Positions 35,837-49,940 of a stretch of DNA of 64,000 nt are shown here, one piece after another. The first letter of the stretch is position 1. Every line of letters starts with the position of its first letter. The stretch spans positions 53,085,764 through 53,149,763 of the forward strand of contig NC_092382.1 in NCBI RefSeq assembly GCF_030028105.1, read 5' to 3'. The translations under genes were made by a program, and so were the position numbers. Origin of the DNA: Mobula birostris. Its lineage: Eukaryota. The notes beneath the pieces were generated by a model. It was not told where the DNA came from. It saw nothing but the letters and a program-made list of their open reading frames with translations, and searched no databases.

Positions 35837-38302
35837 CTAAAATAAGGTTGGCACAATACATTATTTATTTCGTACCGTGTAAAGTGATTCGTGGTAGAGT
35901 GTAAACTCAAAACATTTACAAATGTAATATTGCACAGTAGATAAAGAAAGTTGTCAGATCTGAAGGAGAAAAATCGTTTGCACTTCTGAAACGTGACGGC
36001 TATCAGAGGCATAGTTTATTCCGTAAATGGACCCGAGTAGTAATAAATGGAGCAGCCGCGAATCAGAGACTGTAGAAAATCAGAACCGGAATGAGGTTTA
36101 ATATGTCGTGAAATGTGTCGTTATGCGCTGCAATACATAATAATAAAAACTGTAAATCACAGTTAGAAGATAATATGTAAAAAAAAAACTAAATTTAATT
36201 AGTGCAAAAAGAGGACAACATGTAGTGAGGGAGTATTGTTGGGTTCAATGCCCTTTCAGAATCCTGATTGCTGAGGGAAATAAGCTATTCCTTATTATCA
36301 TTGCAGATCCAGACACATCACTGACCAGACTGACAGAGTCACGACTGATCAAATCCACATCCCTGACCACAGTGATAACCTCACTGCATATCCAGTCCCA
36401 TCACTGTCCACACGGAGAACTAAGCAGCTTGCCCAGATCCAGTAGGGTCGACCCTAGTAATGTCGCTGCTACTTCAACACCATCACTGGCAGTGCGAAGC
36501 CCTGTCTTTAAAAATGTCACTGAGCAGAACTGTTCGACTAAAGATGATGTCCAATTATCAGTGATCCCATTGTCACGGGTTACGAAAGGCAAATATGAAA
36601 ATATTCACAATATATTCGATTGTCAATGGCCGCTCACATACAGGCAAACATAACGGCTGTTTGAGCAAGACACAATACTGCAGAGTCAGTGGCTCAGGAT
36701 TGGTATCATTGATGCATTCCTGGATTTATATTTTTACACAAGAATATCAGTAAACACAAGCTGTTGGGGAAGAACGCTCGCTGTGTTTTATCGTTATCAT
36801 CACATCAGACGTGGTTACACTCCGAGCACAGCAGGGAAAACGAGTGTTTGTAGCACAGGGTTACACATCTGTAAAAGGGATTTGTTGAAATTTGTGATTT
36901 ATACGCACAAATCTAAATCTGATTACTGCTCAGTTGATTAGCAGCTGAAGAACCATGTGCCGCTGGTATTCAGTGGCTGGACGTAATGGTGCCGACAAAA
37001 TAATCTAAGAATACCTTTACTTCGACACCTGCTATGCACAACTGTGCTTGTCTGATGTTTTGTGTGACGAAGAAATATGTTTTATTGCAACGTGTACGCT
37101 TTTAATCAAAAGCTTACCGCTTTGAACACCATTCTGACAAATATATTGCGGTGACCATTGTGAATAAACGTGCCCGTTCTGCTGTTTCTACATTTCTAAG
37201 CTTTAAGAGGAGCTCATTGCAAACCACAACAGAGATTAATAACAGTCAAGAAGAGACGTGTTTCACTAGTTCCCGTTCGATCTTTGCAGTCTCACAAATA
37301 TGCCATGACATTATTCAGGGGGAAATGAAAATAACACCAGTTCCCAAAGATTTTCAAATAATATATGAAGGCAGATACTGTTAAAGAACAGGAAACATTC
37401 CAAGAAGGCTACATAAAGGGGAGAATCATAATAAAGTAAACCGAATAACCGATTTAGAGCACTGGTGTCTTTTGTTTTTTGTGTGATTTTCAATGGAGGG
37501 TAAATTGTACAAACGTACAGCGTCACCTTTGCTTGCCAATAAGTACAAAGTCATTTCATAGAAAGGTTCTGATGCTCCTGGATTTAAGTGTTTTCTGTCA
37601 CATCGACTCTTTACACCCAGCGGAATTGCATCAGCTGCCGGAGAGTGGTACCGTATGTATGAATGCGTCCTGGCCTCTTGTATGGTATACGGGTATCGAC
37701 AGTAAGGAGTTATTTTTTGCCCTTGTTTCTTTCTGATTTAACAGCATGAAGAATTCGCAGTAAACCGAGACTGAGTACACATGTTGAAGATTATTAATCT
37801 ACTACTATATCAGGATGACGTGAGAAATACCAGTCAGCCACTTGTAGAGGCAGAGTAAGACTGCGTGCAAAGAATACTTATCGGCCACTCGGTGATCTGA
37901 TCCACACTGTGCTGGAGGGATCCCAGTTGCCGACAGTTAATTCCATCATCCCCTGTCTCTGTTTCTGCCTTTCTCTCCCTCACCTTCTGTCTTCCTCCTC
38001 CCCGCATATCTGCCGCTCTTGTCTACTCGCTACTCCCGGCTCCCAAGGGAACCCCTTTTTCGAGAAAGGCTGATAGTCTTTCTCTGTTATAAAAATTAAC
38101 ACATCCTAAGCTAATGCCGCTGTTCCAGAACCGCTGTTCTGCATTTCTTATTTTACACACACCAAGGAAGAATCACTTGTGATTTTTGACTTATTTACCT
38201 CATTCCTTACACGGGATTTTAAAACAAAATACATACATTTGTTCATTATTTAAGGACCATTTTTTCAACTTAATATTCAGCTAAGTCGACTGAAATATTG
38301 TT

Positions 38303-38401
38303 AACAACAGGAATTCTGCAGATGCTGGAAATTCAAGCAACACACATAAAAGTTGCTGGTGAACGCAGCAGGCCAGGCAGCATCTCTAGGAAGAGGTGCA
38401 G
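38303..38401 (-). mobile_element. Short Penelope terminal fragment
   Basis: aacaggaattctgcagatgctggaa...gcatctctaggaagaggt is nearly identical to 11410-11500. Confidence 0.85.
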
Positions 38402-38562
38402 TTATATTGTTAGTTTTTTTTAAATTTATTTTTGTAATTCGAATATATGTAATAGCAGCAGTGCTTATATACACACTTCTTCCTCAGCTACTGGGTAAAC
38501 CAAGGGTTAACTCTTTCTGTCATTTCATGGAAAATAAATAGCGCCTTTTCAAGGTAGGCTGC

Positions 38563-38620
38563 TGACGTCACCGGAGGGTTTCTCTCTCTTATTAATAAGA
38601 GTCGCTTTCACTCAGTTCCC
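38563..38620 (+). promoter_or_regulatory. Putative GPCR core promoter
   Basis: TGACGTCA at 38563, TATA-like tattaata at 38590 and Inr-like tcagtt at about 38612, roughly 100 bp before the ATG. Confidence 0.5.
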
Positions 38621-38710
38621 CCAGTTTCAGCGAGCACAGCCTCTCCTGTCACGGACAGAGATCCGGAGCGGCACAAAGAGGAGAGTAAGGACAGACCGGC
38701 TCGTTCTGTC

Positions 38711-38891
38711 ATGGATCAGAATTCGGGATGGACGGCTTGGAATATAACAGAAAATGGGAAAAACATCTTCTGGATGGTTCCATATATTTTTGCGCATGAT
38801 GAACGGATAACGGTAGATTTTCGAGTCACGAATGTTTTATTCACCATTCAAGTGATTTTCTTCCCTGTCCTCGGCATCATTGCTCTTCCCG
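38711..38891 (+). CDS. GPR139-like class A GPCR, exon 1 (N-terminus and start of TM1)
   Basis: MDQNSG...IQVIFFPVLGIIALP with an N-glycosylation sequon NIT and a phase-1 donor G|GTGAGT. Confidence 0.85.
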
Positions 38892-40086
38892 GTGAGTCTC
38901 TGTCCAAAGGTAACTTATGAAACAAAATTTAACTGCACATTTTCCTTTTGGCCTGTACCTCTCATAATAATAATTAAGGCTGCTGACACACATACCAGTT
39001 GATAATTAAGCAAATACACTTCGATAATTTACTGAATCCAGGACTCCTGCCTAAGGAAATATGTGCTAACACTTGTGATGATCCACAGCGGGTTTACAAC
39101 AACAGTGTATCTTATTATCTGTCTTATTCCTGTAGAAAGTGTAACCTTATTGTGAGCATTCCTTCTCCATTTCTCCCTGGTCGTTTTAACCAACATCAGT
39201 CGGAAGACAAATTTCACACAAACTTTAATCACTTTCCAACTTTCACGAGCTGCCTGAGTTTCCACTGAAGCAAGGGAAGCATCTCTCCGCGAATGTAATC
39301 AGGACGTCCCTCTCCTGCATCTGACCGTCTTCCTCCCCACTGTGTTCTTAAAACTGCATATTCCGTTTGGGATCAAAAATTATAGAATGTATATTTCACA
39401 CCAGGTGCATTTGACGATGTTTAAAGCCTAGGTAACACATTTCTGAAAACGTGATAGACTTCCGTAAGTTCTTGAAATATTGATCGTGACGTATTTTTAT
39501 GGTGACAAATCAACTTCATTCTTGCTGAGAAAATAAAACGTATTTGAGAATATAATGAATATCATACGAATATAAAGGCAAAGCTACAACAAATAGACGG
39601 TGAGCCTCGTGGTATAATTTGAAGAGAATAACACTCCCTCAAAGTCGAGAAACGGGAAGAGAGGTGCAATAATTGTGATTTGTGCTGCTGCTCCATTTGC
39701 AAATCCCGTTGCCCCTGGTGACGGTCAGCGGCGGGAAGCTGCTCTTTATCCAGAGGTGGTTCCTGTCAAGGATACTAACTTCACGACAGTCGAGATGCCG
39801 CAGATTTAATCGATGATGCGCTATTCGGCCCTTTGCCTCAAAAAGTACGAAATCCATCAATCGTCAGCCATCGTTATCTGTAACCTCCGCTCTCTGTTTC
39901 TTTACCGATATTCGGTCCAACATATTGCATTGAGTGTACACACATTTGCAAAGCAGTTTAACTTTTGCGATTGTTTTATTCTGTCAGGTACGCTCATTCT
40001 TGACATTGTCACATACAGAAAAGTGGATTACTTTATATGTAAATGCTTCCTGATGTGTTTACCCTCATTGATTCCTATCTTCGCAG

Positions 40087-40985
40087 TGAACATGGTGACC
40101 ATATTCGTCCTTTCTCGGGGAAAGTGCGGCCTCTCCAGAGTTGTCACTTGCTACCTGGTTGCCATGGCAGTGGCGGATCTGCTGGTTCTTATCCTCGACC
40201 TGATATTGAGCAAGATTCCACTTATGTACGTACCAATCGACGTTTTCTTCCGATCAATGACCAAGGGGTGTAATATCCACGCTGTTCTCCTTTACACCGC
40301 AACCGACTGCTCCGTCTGGTTCACGGTCACGTTTACCTTTGATCGGTTTGTCGCCATTTGTTGCCAGAAGCTGAAATCAAAATATTGCACCGAGAAAACC
40401 GCTGTCGTGGTTTTGGGGACAGTGAGTGCCATTGGCTTTTTAAAGAATATTTACTGGTATTTTAGACTCTCGGGGTACTACACGTGGATAGCTGTTCCAT
40501 TTATTTGTAGGGGGAGAGTGCATTATTTGAATTTATTTATCGCGACTCAATTTGAACTATTTTATTACATCCTCACCCCTGTATTCCCATTTGTGCTGGT
40601 TCTGCTGACGAATTGCTTCACCGCCAGGCACGTCTTAGTCACGAGCAGAGCGCGCAGGAGACTCAGTTTTCCTGGCAACGGACAGAGTGCCAGAGACCCG
40701 GAGATGGAGAAACGCAGGAAATACCTCGTTTTATTGCTGATCGTCTCGGGCAATTTCATCTTGCTGTGGGCACCTTTCACTGTGTATTCTGCGTGGAATC
40801 GGCTGTATGCTTTTGTCACGTATGTGCGCCCACCTGATTCGCTGCGAGAGCTGGGCGCCATTCTGCAGCTTCTGAGCTGTTGCACGAACACGGCCCTTTA
40901 CACCGTTACGCAGACCAAGTTCAGGGAGCAGCTAAAGAATGTGGTAAAATCACCGCTCTCTCTCATGTTTGTGAAGAACTCGTGA
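40087..40985 (+). CDS. GPR139-like class A GPCR, exon 2 (spliced CDS 1080 nt, 359 aa)
   Basis: Acceptor cgcag|TG joins exon 1 in frame (LP-V-NMVT). Motifs: MAVADLL, SVWFTVTFTFDRFVAIC, FILLWAP, SCCTNTALY, KFRE helix 8. No disabling lesions. Confidence 0.92.
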
Positions 40986-41459
40986 CGTTGCGGCGTCGCT
41001 CGACCTGAAACCACTGAAGTTCTATCCACTGTGGGCAATTTTTGTTCCTCTGGGTCCTGCGATATCCTTGTTCCACTCACACCTCCCAAGCGGAAATTAC
41101 ATAAATTTTTCATTATACAGCTGCAATGATCGCCCCTCATTCGCCGGCCTATCTTCTCATCTCTGGCCTATTTATCCAATTTACACCGTAGTTCCACCCT
41201 GCAATCCTTCTGGCTGCCCAGAGACATTAGTCCAGGTGCAAAGCCATTCTCCTGCGAGGTTGCCTGGGTTCCCGAAACAACCCGTTCATGCCCTACATTG
41301 ACGGCTGAATTGGTGCTGTCAGTCCAGTGACGTCTGAATTGGTGCTGCTTCCTGCACCCACGCTGAGTTCGTCAATTTTATTTACAACTTACCACACCGA
41401 CCTCAGATCAACTTGTTCCCATTCTGACACCACTTGTCTCTCGCTCTCTCTGTTCCCAA

Positions 41460-43750
41460 CACCACAGATCCGTTAGAAGCCCGAATTCTATAAACAGCCC
41501 CATATTGGCCTACACACCCCTAAATCAATGAACGTTTCCAAATCGGTGTGTATCTCTCTGTTAGCGGACTCTGTTCTAAGTCTGCGCAATCTGGAAATAA
41601 GTACATATCACAAACACGCTGCAACCCCATAATAGATCATTCCAGAGCAGGAATCATTTCAAAAATTTTCGAAAATGGGGGTATTTCGACATTAAAAAAC
41701 CGTACGCAACCCAAATATCTAAGTTACTACAAATCTGTGTGCAGCCGGATATTCGACAACACGCTCTAAATCTGAGCATATCACCAAATCCGTGTGTACC
41801 CCCAAGGCAGAGCACACGCCTAAATCTGCATGCATGCCGAAATCCAGGCGCAGCCCCCAAAAACTCTGTGCACCGTATACATACCGAATTTACCTTAACT
41901 CTGTGCAATCCCCAACTGAGTGCGGATCCCAAACACGCTGACACCCACCACATGATCCGAACAGTATCCGGGTCAAAGAATAATTTCAAACCGTTCGCAA
42001 ACTGTTTGCCATAAAGTAACAAGAATACTGTTGAAACTTCAAAGTGCATTGATTCTGAAAGTGTTTATAAATAAAACAAAATTCAGATACGTCACACTAC
42101 AAATCCACAAGCACCACATCTCTGTGAGAAACCCGAAATCCGTAAACATCCCCATATTAATCTGCATGCTCCTAAATCAACGAGCATTCGCGAATCAGAC
42201 TGCACCATTATACTGGTGGTCACGTCACTGAATCTGTTCGGATCATTTGACCAGTGTGAAATCCCCTATTTGCCAACACCGCCCTAAATCAGAGCACTCC
42301 ACAAATTAGTACCCACTCCAAACAGGATGAAACTCCAACATCCGCAACAGATTAACTCAGAGCAGGAATCATTTCAAACCGTTCAGAAAATGACTGTTTC
42401 CATGATAAAAATCCGCACGCATCCGAAAATTCAACTGCAACTGCAAATCGGCCGATACACCCAAATATGGTGTACCCAAAATCCGTGTGCACCTCCATAT
42501 TAGACATATCAGACCCTACATCTGCGCACATCAGCAAATAAGAGCGAACCCCTAAATCCATATGCATCCAAAACCCGCTGACAACTTCACATGAACATTA
42601 GGTTATCCAAATGCAGGAGTCATTTCTAACAGTTCACAGAATAGCTGTTTCCGCTTTCAAAAATCTAGAACAAATTCAAAGTTCGATGTGCATCTGTTAT
42701 TAAAGTATCTATAAACGAAAAGACCTTGAGACATCCCCAGATCCGTGTGTACTCAAACTCGCCGTGAACATCTCCAAATGTCTGTGCACCTTCAAATACA
42801 AGTGCGCTCCTGCAAGTACGATTGTTTATCCTGGAGTGAGAATCATTTCGATCTTTTTCACAAGATGGCTGAATCCACATTGAAAATAGCAAGAACAAAG
42901 TTCGCTGTTGAAGTGCATTATTTATTAAAGTATCTCTAAACGAAACAACCTTGATATTTGTCATTAACCCAAATCCACCAAGACCCACAAATCGAGATGC
43001 ACTCACAAGTACGGATGGACACCCATATCGCTGCTCACTGCGAACCTGACAACACCCTTTGGATACACATCAGCTTATCCCAGAGGAGGAATAATTTCAA
43101 ATAGGCCACTCAGTAGCAACCTCCATCTTAAAAATCATAGTAAGAGCAGAGATGAAAATTAAATGTGTATTTATTAATAAAATACCTCTCAATGAAACAA
43201 CCTTGAGATTCGTTACAACTCAAAATCGACCAACATCCCCAAATCCGTAAGCACCCTTAGACCGTATGCACCACCAACCCAGCTGACACCCATGTACGCA
43301 CATTTTATTTTCAAAGAAGAAACATTTTAAAAACATGGGGGTGCACAGGCAAGTGGGGCTGCACACGGATTTGTGGGAGCCGTTGCATGTGGAGTTGTGA
43401 CAAATCTCAACATTCCTTTACTTCCGATATTTTATTAATTAAAGCACTTCCAATTATGAACTTTGTTCTTACTGTTTTATAAGGTGGAAGCAGACAGATT
43501 GTGATCTGTTTGAAATTATTTTGCTCAAGAATAATCTAATGTGCATGTGGAGATGTCAGCGAGTTTGCGGGTTGCGTGAATTTGGAAGCCGACGCAGATT
43601 TGGGGTTCCACAAGGATTTTGTGGTGCGTGCTGATTTAGGAATGTGCACAAATTTAGGGGTATGTTGGCAAATATATTTGCACACCGATTTGGGGTGGGG
43701 GGTGGGGAGTGAAAAATCTCAAGAATGTTTCATTTATAGAAACTTTAATA
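41460..43750. repeat. Degenerate complex satellite (about 20-bp aaatccgtgtgcaccc subunits in 220-390-bp blocks); orientation flips near 43330
   Basis: Recurrent ccagagcaggaatcatttcaaa-like landmarks at about 41642, 41968, 42357, 42607, 42830, 43079 and 43310, inverted at about 43509; a further minus-orientation piece lies at 47750-47895. Confidence 0.7.
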
Positions 43751-43756
43751 ATAACT

Positions 43757-45729
43757 GCTGGGTCTGCCAATTAAGATTAGTTAACTGAAAGGACTGGGCA
43801 ATCGCAGGTCGGAGGCAGTTCAGAAAAGTCTACACTGCCAGCTGGGTATTCTGATGGTCTAGGAGTTTGCCAGCACTGGACTACCAGGTATCCTTAAAAC
43901 GAGCTATAATGTCCGAAAGGGATTTGCCTTTTATATGTGAACTTCGGGAAAGTTCGCAAAAATCCCCGTGCTGTCGGGCCGTCATTAAAATGGGTTCCAT
44001 TACCTCAGCGACCCATGGCTTGTCTTACATCGCCCGCCCGACCTGGTTTCCAGTCACGTTCGGGCGTCTGTCTGGGACTGGAGAACCTACTCTGTGTCCC
44101 TCCCCAAGAAGTTCCATATGTAACACTGAGGAGTGCGCGCAAATCCCCGGGCAGGAGCTGGAAAACTTGACAAGTTTGTGTGAACCAGTTGGTTGTCTTA
44201 GCGGGTTAGGAGATTAATTAACGGTATTCTATACCACAGGCGCGACCCAGGGCTTTAGAATTGTGATTTCCCCACAATTTTCGGGGAAACTCACTGATAT
44301 CTTCCCCAGTAGATTTATCTACTGCTTCTCTCCTGTTCCCTTTTGATTTTGTTTTCTGACCTGTCTGTTCCCGACTAATAGGTGTTAATTCGGGGACCCG
44401 TTCTGACCCGGCACCTCGGCGGAAACAATAGCCGACGCAGAGAGCGCCACCTCGAAATCATGATTCCTTTGTTAGAAATAGGTTCTTTCTTGCGTTCAGT
44501 TGTAAGTTGTTGGTGTCCCATTTGTTAGAACACCATAACATGTAATCGAGGTCAAATATTTCATTTTTAGCGAGTCGAAAGCACCGCCATAAATCCAATC
44601 CCCTTGACTCCAAGCATATGACTCACTAGAAAATGTGACAGAGTACATGCTATCCCCTGTTCTCAACCAAACCTTATCAGCGGGCGATCCTGCAGGAAAC
44701 CAGCAAATTCTTTGTCTTGTACTTTTCGACTTCCTACATCGCGGTGTCGTTTACCGGTACTTTCGTTTTAGGATCACTCGGGCGTCGCTCGTGAGGCGCC
44801 GTTCTTGCCGGTTTACCTTTAGAGGGGTCCACCAACCTACTAGGATGGTAACCCAACACTTTTCAGAATTAAAGTGTACTTAACAGATGTTGCAACATTC
44901 GCGAGCCTCAGTTATACACTTATACAATCCACTGATTATAAAAGCGAACATCTGGGTCACAAAGTGGATCAGTTTTATTTTAAAGCAATTTTAAATTTCA
45001 TGGTTCCCTGTCCCTTCTCGCAGTTTTCTTCTTTTCCTTACCCGAACGCAGGTACAATGATCACCGGCTGGTGAGGGACAACCTTTTCTGGCACAGTCCG
45101 AGGGGCCAAATTCTCGGTCAAGGGTTCACTATATCGCGTTTAAAAAGTCCCATCCTCGTCGCCAAATTTGTCAGGCCAAGTCAAATCACGTTCGGACTCA
45201 AATAGTGATATTGTCGGAGAATACAAAACAACACCCGGACTCAGATATTTGAATGTCTTTTATTTCCGTGGCCATGTGAGAATCGTTTCTCAGAGCGGCG
45301 ATTCTGAATTTACAGTTCATAATGCTCAATTTTCATCAGTCACACATTATCATTATCCCAATAAACTCTCTCACCAGTAGTTTTCCCCCTTTCACCTTGT
45401 TACATATACCTGTTACGGTGCATTCTCCAGTTACCTTATAAGGTAACCGTAGCCTTCAGCCAGAAGCAGATGACAACAGGTGGTTCCCAACCTTCACAGA
45501 GTGTTTTGACCCTTAATCACGACACTCTCCAGTTGGTGGGCCGGCAGTGGTGGCCAAATCACTGCCCATCTCCTCTTGGCTTCCAGCTCCCCTCCTCTCG
45601 CCTACTCCAAATCCAACAAGAGGCTCGTTCTGCCTCTTCCCCCATCCTACAAACTGCTTGATTTTTTTGCTCCTTTCGTCCAGGCGCAGATCTGAGAACA
45701 ACCGCTATGCTGATTTCGCTGGCCTTTCA
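43757..45729 (-). mobile_element. Endogenous retrovirus fragment (class I-like): 5' LTR, PBS, leader, decayed gag
   Basis: LTR tgaaaggcc...ggcctgaca (45729-45169) with AATAAA near 45260. gag-like remnants KPW, LPGDLRALL and FKDTW...TFLNCLRPAIA. Confidence 0.75.
45148..45164 (-). promoter_or_regulatory. Primer-binding site for tRNA-Ser(GCU)
   Basis: TGGCGACGAGGATGGGA is complementary to the vertebrate tRNA-Ser(GCU) 3' end ...UCCCAUCCUCGUCGCCA, 4 nt inside the LTR. Confidence 0.85.
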
Positions 45730-45839
45730 TCTTAAGTACATGCACTCTGGTATTAGTTATTTCATGTTTCATGTTCAGCGAAAAAAAAAAACGGGATGTC
45801 CACGATGTCAGTGCCTTTCATGTTCCTATGAACTTCAAT

Positions 45840-48800
45840 CAGGCCTCCCTCAGCCTCTGCCGCTCCAGGTAAAATATCCCAAGACTGTCCAATCTCTCCT
45901 TATCAAGGAAGCATCTTGTTAAGGCTCTTCGACTCTCAGTTCAAAACCCCCACAATTTTCCAATAATAGAATCCAATACTCAGGATGTGGTTAAACTGGA
46001 GATTTATAAAACTGCAACAGAACTACCTGACCCTGGAACTCAGTGCCTCGACTGCTAAAGACAAGCAGGCCCTACGCCGCTCGCAGCAACCCCTCACCCT
46101 GTGCAGCACCTAAAGAGAGTAATGAACTGGGATCCCAAACCCGCTTCTAGATCAACACAGTATATCAACACATACCCATCTTCCCCATGACATAAGCCCC
46201 AGTCCTGGTCAACTTCCTCTGCAGTCTTCCAGCACAAAGTATCATTGATATAGAATGCTAACCAGAGCTGAATGCAGCATTTTCACGGAACTTAGCGGGT
46301 CAGGCTGGATCTATCGAGAGGAGTAGAGTCGACCTTTCGGCGACAAAATTTCCATTACAGCATTGACAGTGGCCCTTCGGCCCACCCCTTCCGTGGCGTT
46401 CAGGTGCCATACAAAACATTCCCATCTGCCTGCGTTTGTCCCGTCTGCTCTGGGATGGAAATTTGCCTGAATGTACATCTCAGTCGCAAGGCATTGGGTC
46501 TGAAGGGACTTTTCCCTGCCGTAAGAGTCGTTGATCGAACCTTTTCTATCCTGTAGTTACCAACAGTGTTTTTTTTAAATTTGTTTAAGTACAGGACCTC
46601 TAAGGGGGCAGTGTTTTGTCTCTTAAGGTGCATTAGGGTGGATAATTTTCCAGGGCCAGGCGGGATATACTTGCAGATTACTTGGAGAAGCGGGAGATTA
46701 AAACTCTGAGGACCTCTTCTCTGTAGCTACAAGCAAGATACCCAAAAAGCGGAGATAAATGGTATTCCATTATTCATAAAAGGGGATGGGTTATCCTGGA
46801 AAATATCAACTGCTGAGTCACACTTCGGGGTATGAAACTTACTGGAGAGGATTCTTCGGGATTAGATGTAGTGTTATCGAACACCACACACATAAACATT
46901 TTCTCTGGCTCTTCCAATCTCTGCTGAGCTGCTTTCTGGCCTAGTCCCAACGACCTGCATTAAGACCATAGCCTTTCATATACTTCCCATCCATTTACCC
47001 ATTCAAGTGTCTCCTAAATGTTGAGATTGAGCCTGCATTCACCACTTCCTCTGGCTACTCATCCCACGTTCATACCGCCCTCTGAGTGAAGAAGTTTCCT
47101 CTCGTGGTCTACTTTCACCTTTAAAATATGAACTCTTGTTCCAGTCTCACCTAACTTGAGGGGAGAGTGCCTCAGTTTGGGAGAGAATAGGCCTATTGAT
47201 TCTCTCCTTCTGACTCAACCCCTCAATTTCTGAAACATCATTATAAATTATCTCTGTAATCTTTCAAGTTTATTGATCTCTTTCCTGCAGATATGTGATC
47301 TGAACTATACATAATGCTCCACGCCGATCCTCAATAACGTCTTACACAACTTCAACATAACATTTTAATTCGTGTACTCGGTACTCTGATATATGAAGGC
47401 GTGTGTGCAAAGATTCTCCTCGTGACCTTATCTAGGAATTTTGAAACTGCATTCTCGGAACCCTCTGCTCTCCTGCACATCTGAATTACCTTCCACTAAT
47501 TGTATAAGTCCTGCCCTGGTAGGTCCTGCCAAAGTGCAACAGCTCACACTAGATCCCATCTCGATGGAATTTCACATTAAGTTCCAACTTCAAAATGTTC
47601 AGCCCGTTTCCAGCTGCTTCACTCACGCTAAAAGTTTTCATAACCTACTTCGCTGTCCACTCACACTCCAAATCCAGGTGTCATCTGAAAATCCAGTTTA
47701 CCATATAACGATTGACTTATATATCCTGTTCCTTAGAATGTTTTTCACTCAGTTCTGGGGGTACACGCATATTTGGGGGTGTCGCTGGATTTGAGGTGCA
47801 CACTTATATGAGAGGAGTGTGCAGATTTGGGGGTGTACACATATTTTGTCATCCTGTGAATGGTTGGAATGATTCTAGTTTTGGGATAATTTGTTTTGCA
47901 AGTCGATGTCCAATTCTACTGTCATTATCCTTCACCGAATTTACATTTATCCCCCTGCAGCACCAGTCTTATCCTTATCAAAAACTGTTTGCGAACCTCC
48001 AGAATTATACTACTGATACTACTAAGTCAAGCCTGTCTCCCTCCCTGGTCGTCCATCTAAATACTCTTTCAGGAAACATTCCAGGACCCATCTGAACCAT
48101 AAAGCCCCATCCATCCTCAAGGGATAAGAGAATGCCAGTAATGTTGGAGTGATTATTTACCCGCAATAACTGCATGATTGCTTTTACATCAGCCCATAAC
48201 CTCCCGACCTTTCTGTTCCTCTGTCTTACAGGCTGCAGGTAGAACACCATCAGAGCGATTGCACATTCCTTATTATTGAGCTCTACCTGCATCGTGTTAC
48301 TGATGAAGCCTATGGGATGATCTCGGACCTGGGACATTCTGACATTCTGCCTGATCAGCAGTGCAGAACCACCCCCGCCCCCGCCACCTTCTGGATTGCC
48401 TGAATCATCTGAATTCTGGAATGGTTAGCGACCAGCCCTGACCTTCTCTCAACCAGAGCTCTGCAATATCTGGCTCACTGTGTCACGTACTAATCCAGGT
48501 TCTAAGTACGTCTGTCTTAAGTGTTACACACCTTTACTGACATAACCTCACTTCAGCCCCTCGGAGACACCGGGCTCATTAACGGGGTCCTGGCTGGACT
48601 TCATTTTGGCGTTCCTTGACTTCGTCTCTACCTTTTTACTCAATCCTACTTACTCACTTGCAGTTCCATTTCCCACTCTCCCGCCCAACCCCCAAGACCA
48701 GGCCTGCACATGCCACATGTTAATGCCAGGGCAGATACATCAAACTTGCCAGTTAGAATATCAACTCCCTTTCAGTGCAGGTGTAAAACCAATGTTCTTA

Positions 48801-49940
48801 CACCAGTCCACCAAACCTCGAAGAGAGCCCAATAATATGTGTATACGATGCCCTTCCTCCTGCACAAATTGTTAGCCACACATTTACCTGTTCTTCCTTA
48901 GCATCTTTTCCCTCTTAAGCCCGTGATACGGGAAGTAATAGTGAGATCACTTTTCCGGAGTTGCCAGTTCTTAAGCCATAAACCTTCTTAGCTTCTCAAT
49001 TAACTTGTTTGGAAATTTTGAGGGACCTATAGACTTGCATAGCACGACTCCCCTGATCCTCCACACTGCAATAAAATCTGCCATTTGTGCTCTATAATCC
49101 AGTTTGAATTTTTATTATGTATCAGCTCGTACTGTTACTCATGGAAGTCCATCTATCACATCGTACCCCAGCTCTACACCGTGTCGACGTCCCATTGTAA
49201 CCTATGATGAAATTCTACACTATCCACAACAACAGCACATCGGTGTCCTTCATTCAATTAGAGATGAAGCTAAGAACAATGAGCCACGGAGCCCAGCAAC
49301 CTCAATGTTACTCTAGTCTAATCGCTAAGTTTTGTTTCCTTTTTTAACTTGGGAGAAAACCCATAAATATGATGGGGATTTCGTACAAATTCCTTCCAAA
49401 AAAACACCAGCATTGAACTCCGATTTCCAGTGCCCCGAGCTGGATTAGTCTGATTCTAAGCACTACGCTACGTGGAGCTTCAAACAGCAAGTTACCAACC
49501 CACATATGTACTTCCTCTTTCAAGTCGTTTACAAATATGAGAAAAAGTAGATCTCCTGGAAACGCCCCACCTACTGCCAGTCCCATACTCACTGGGCAAG
49601 GTAAGTCCAAACCCAGGCAGCTGAGTTTCCATCAGTCCCATGCCTCCCGACGTTCTGGGTGAATCTATTGCAGGGGCTCTTGTCAAGCGCCTCACTCAAT
49701 TCCATACATACAGCGTCCACCACTCTAGCCTTTGTTTTGTCAACCCCTCAGAAAGTCATTCAGGTGTGTAAGGCATGATCTTCCCCTCACAAAGCCATTT
49801 GACTGTTTCTAATTATGCTTCTACAAATATTTGTCAATCCTATCGCGAAGAATTCCCTTCAAATATTTAGCCTTCATTAATGCCAGGAGTCATGGTTATA
49901 CAATTAACAGGATTATCCTCACTACCTATTACCCGTCTTA
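45840..49940. mobile_element. Mosaic of old CR1 fragments, mostly minus strand
   Basis: Remnants such as TREGDRLDLV, LFLIFVNDL and aatactcaggatgtgg; individual boundaries are not resolved. Confidence 0.6.

Noticed and set aside
39813-40086. Single-exon 390-aa GPCR starting at 39813
   Set aside because: The upstream part is open intron sequence. Canonical splicing from exon 38711-38891 gives a proper TM1, at the same intron position as the paralog.
38711-40985. Assigning the symbol GPR139
   Set aside because: Family resemblance only. Multiple divergent paralogs are present and orthology cannot be shown without a phylogeny.
45148-45164. tRNA-Ser gene
   Set aside because: Only the 3'-terminal 17 nt including CCA are present next to an LTR, so it is a primer-binding site.
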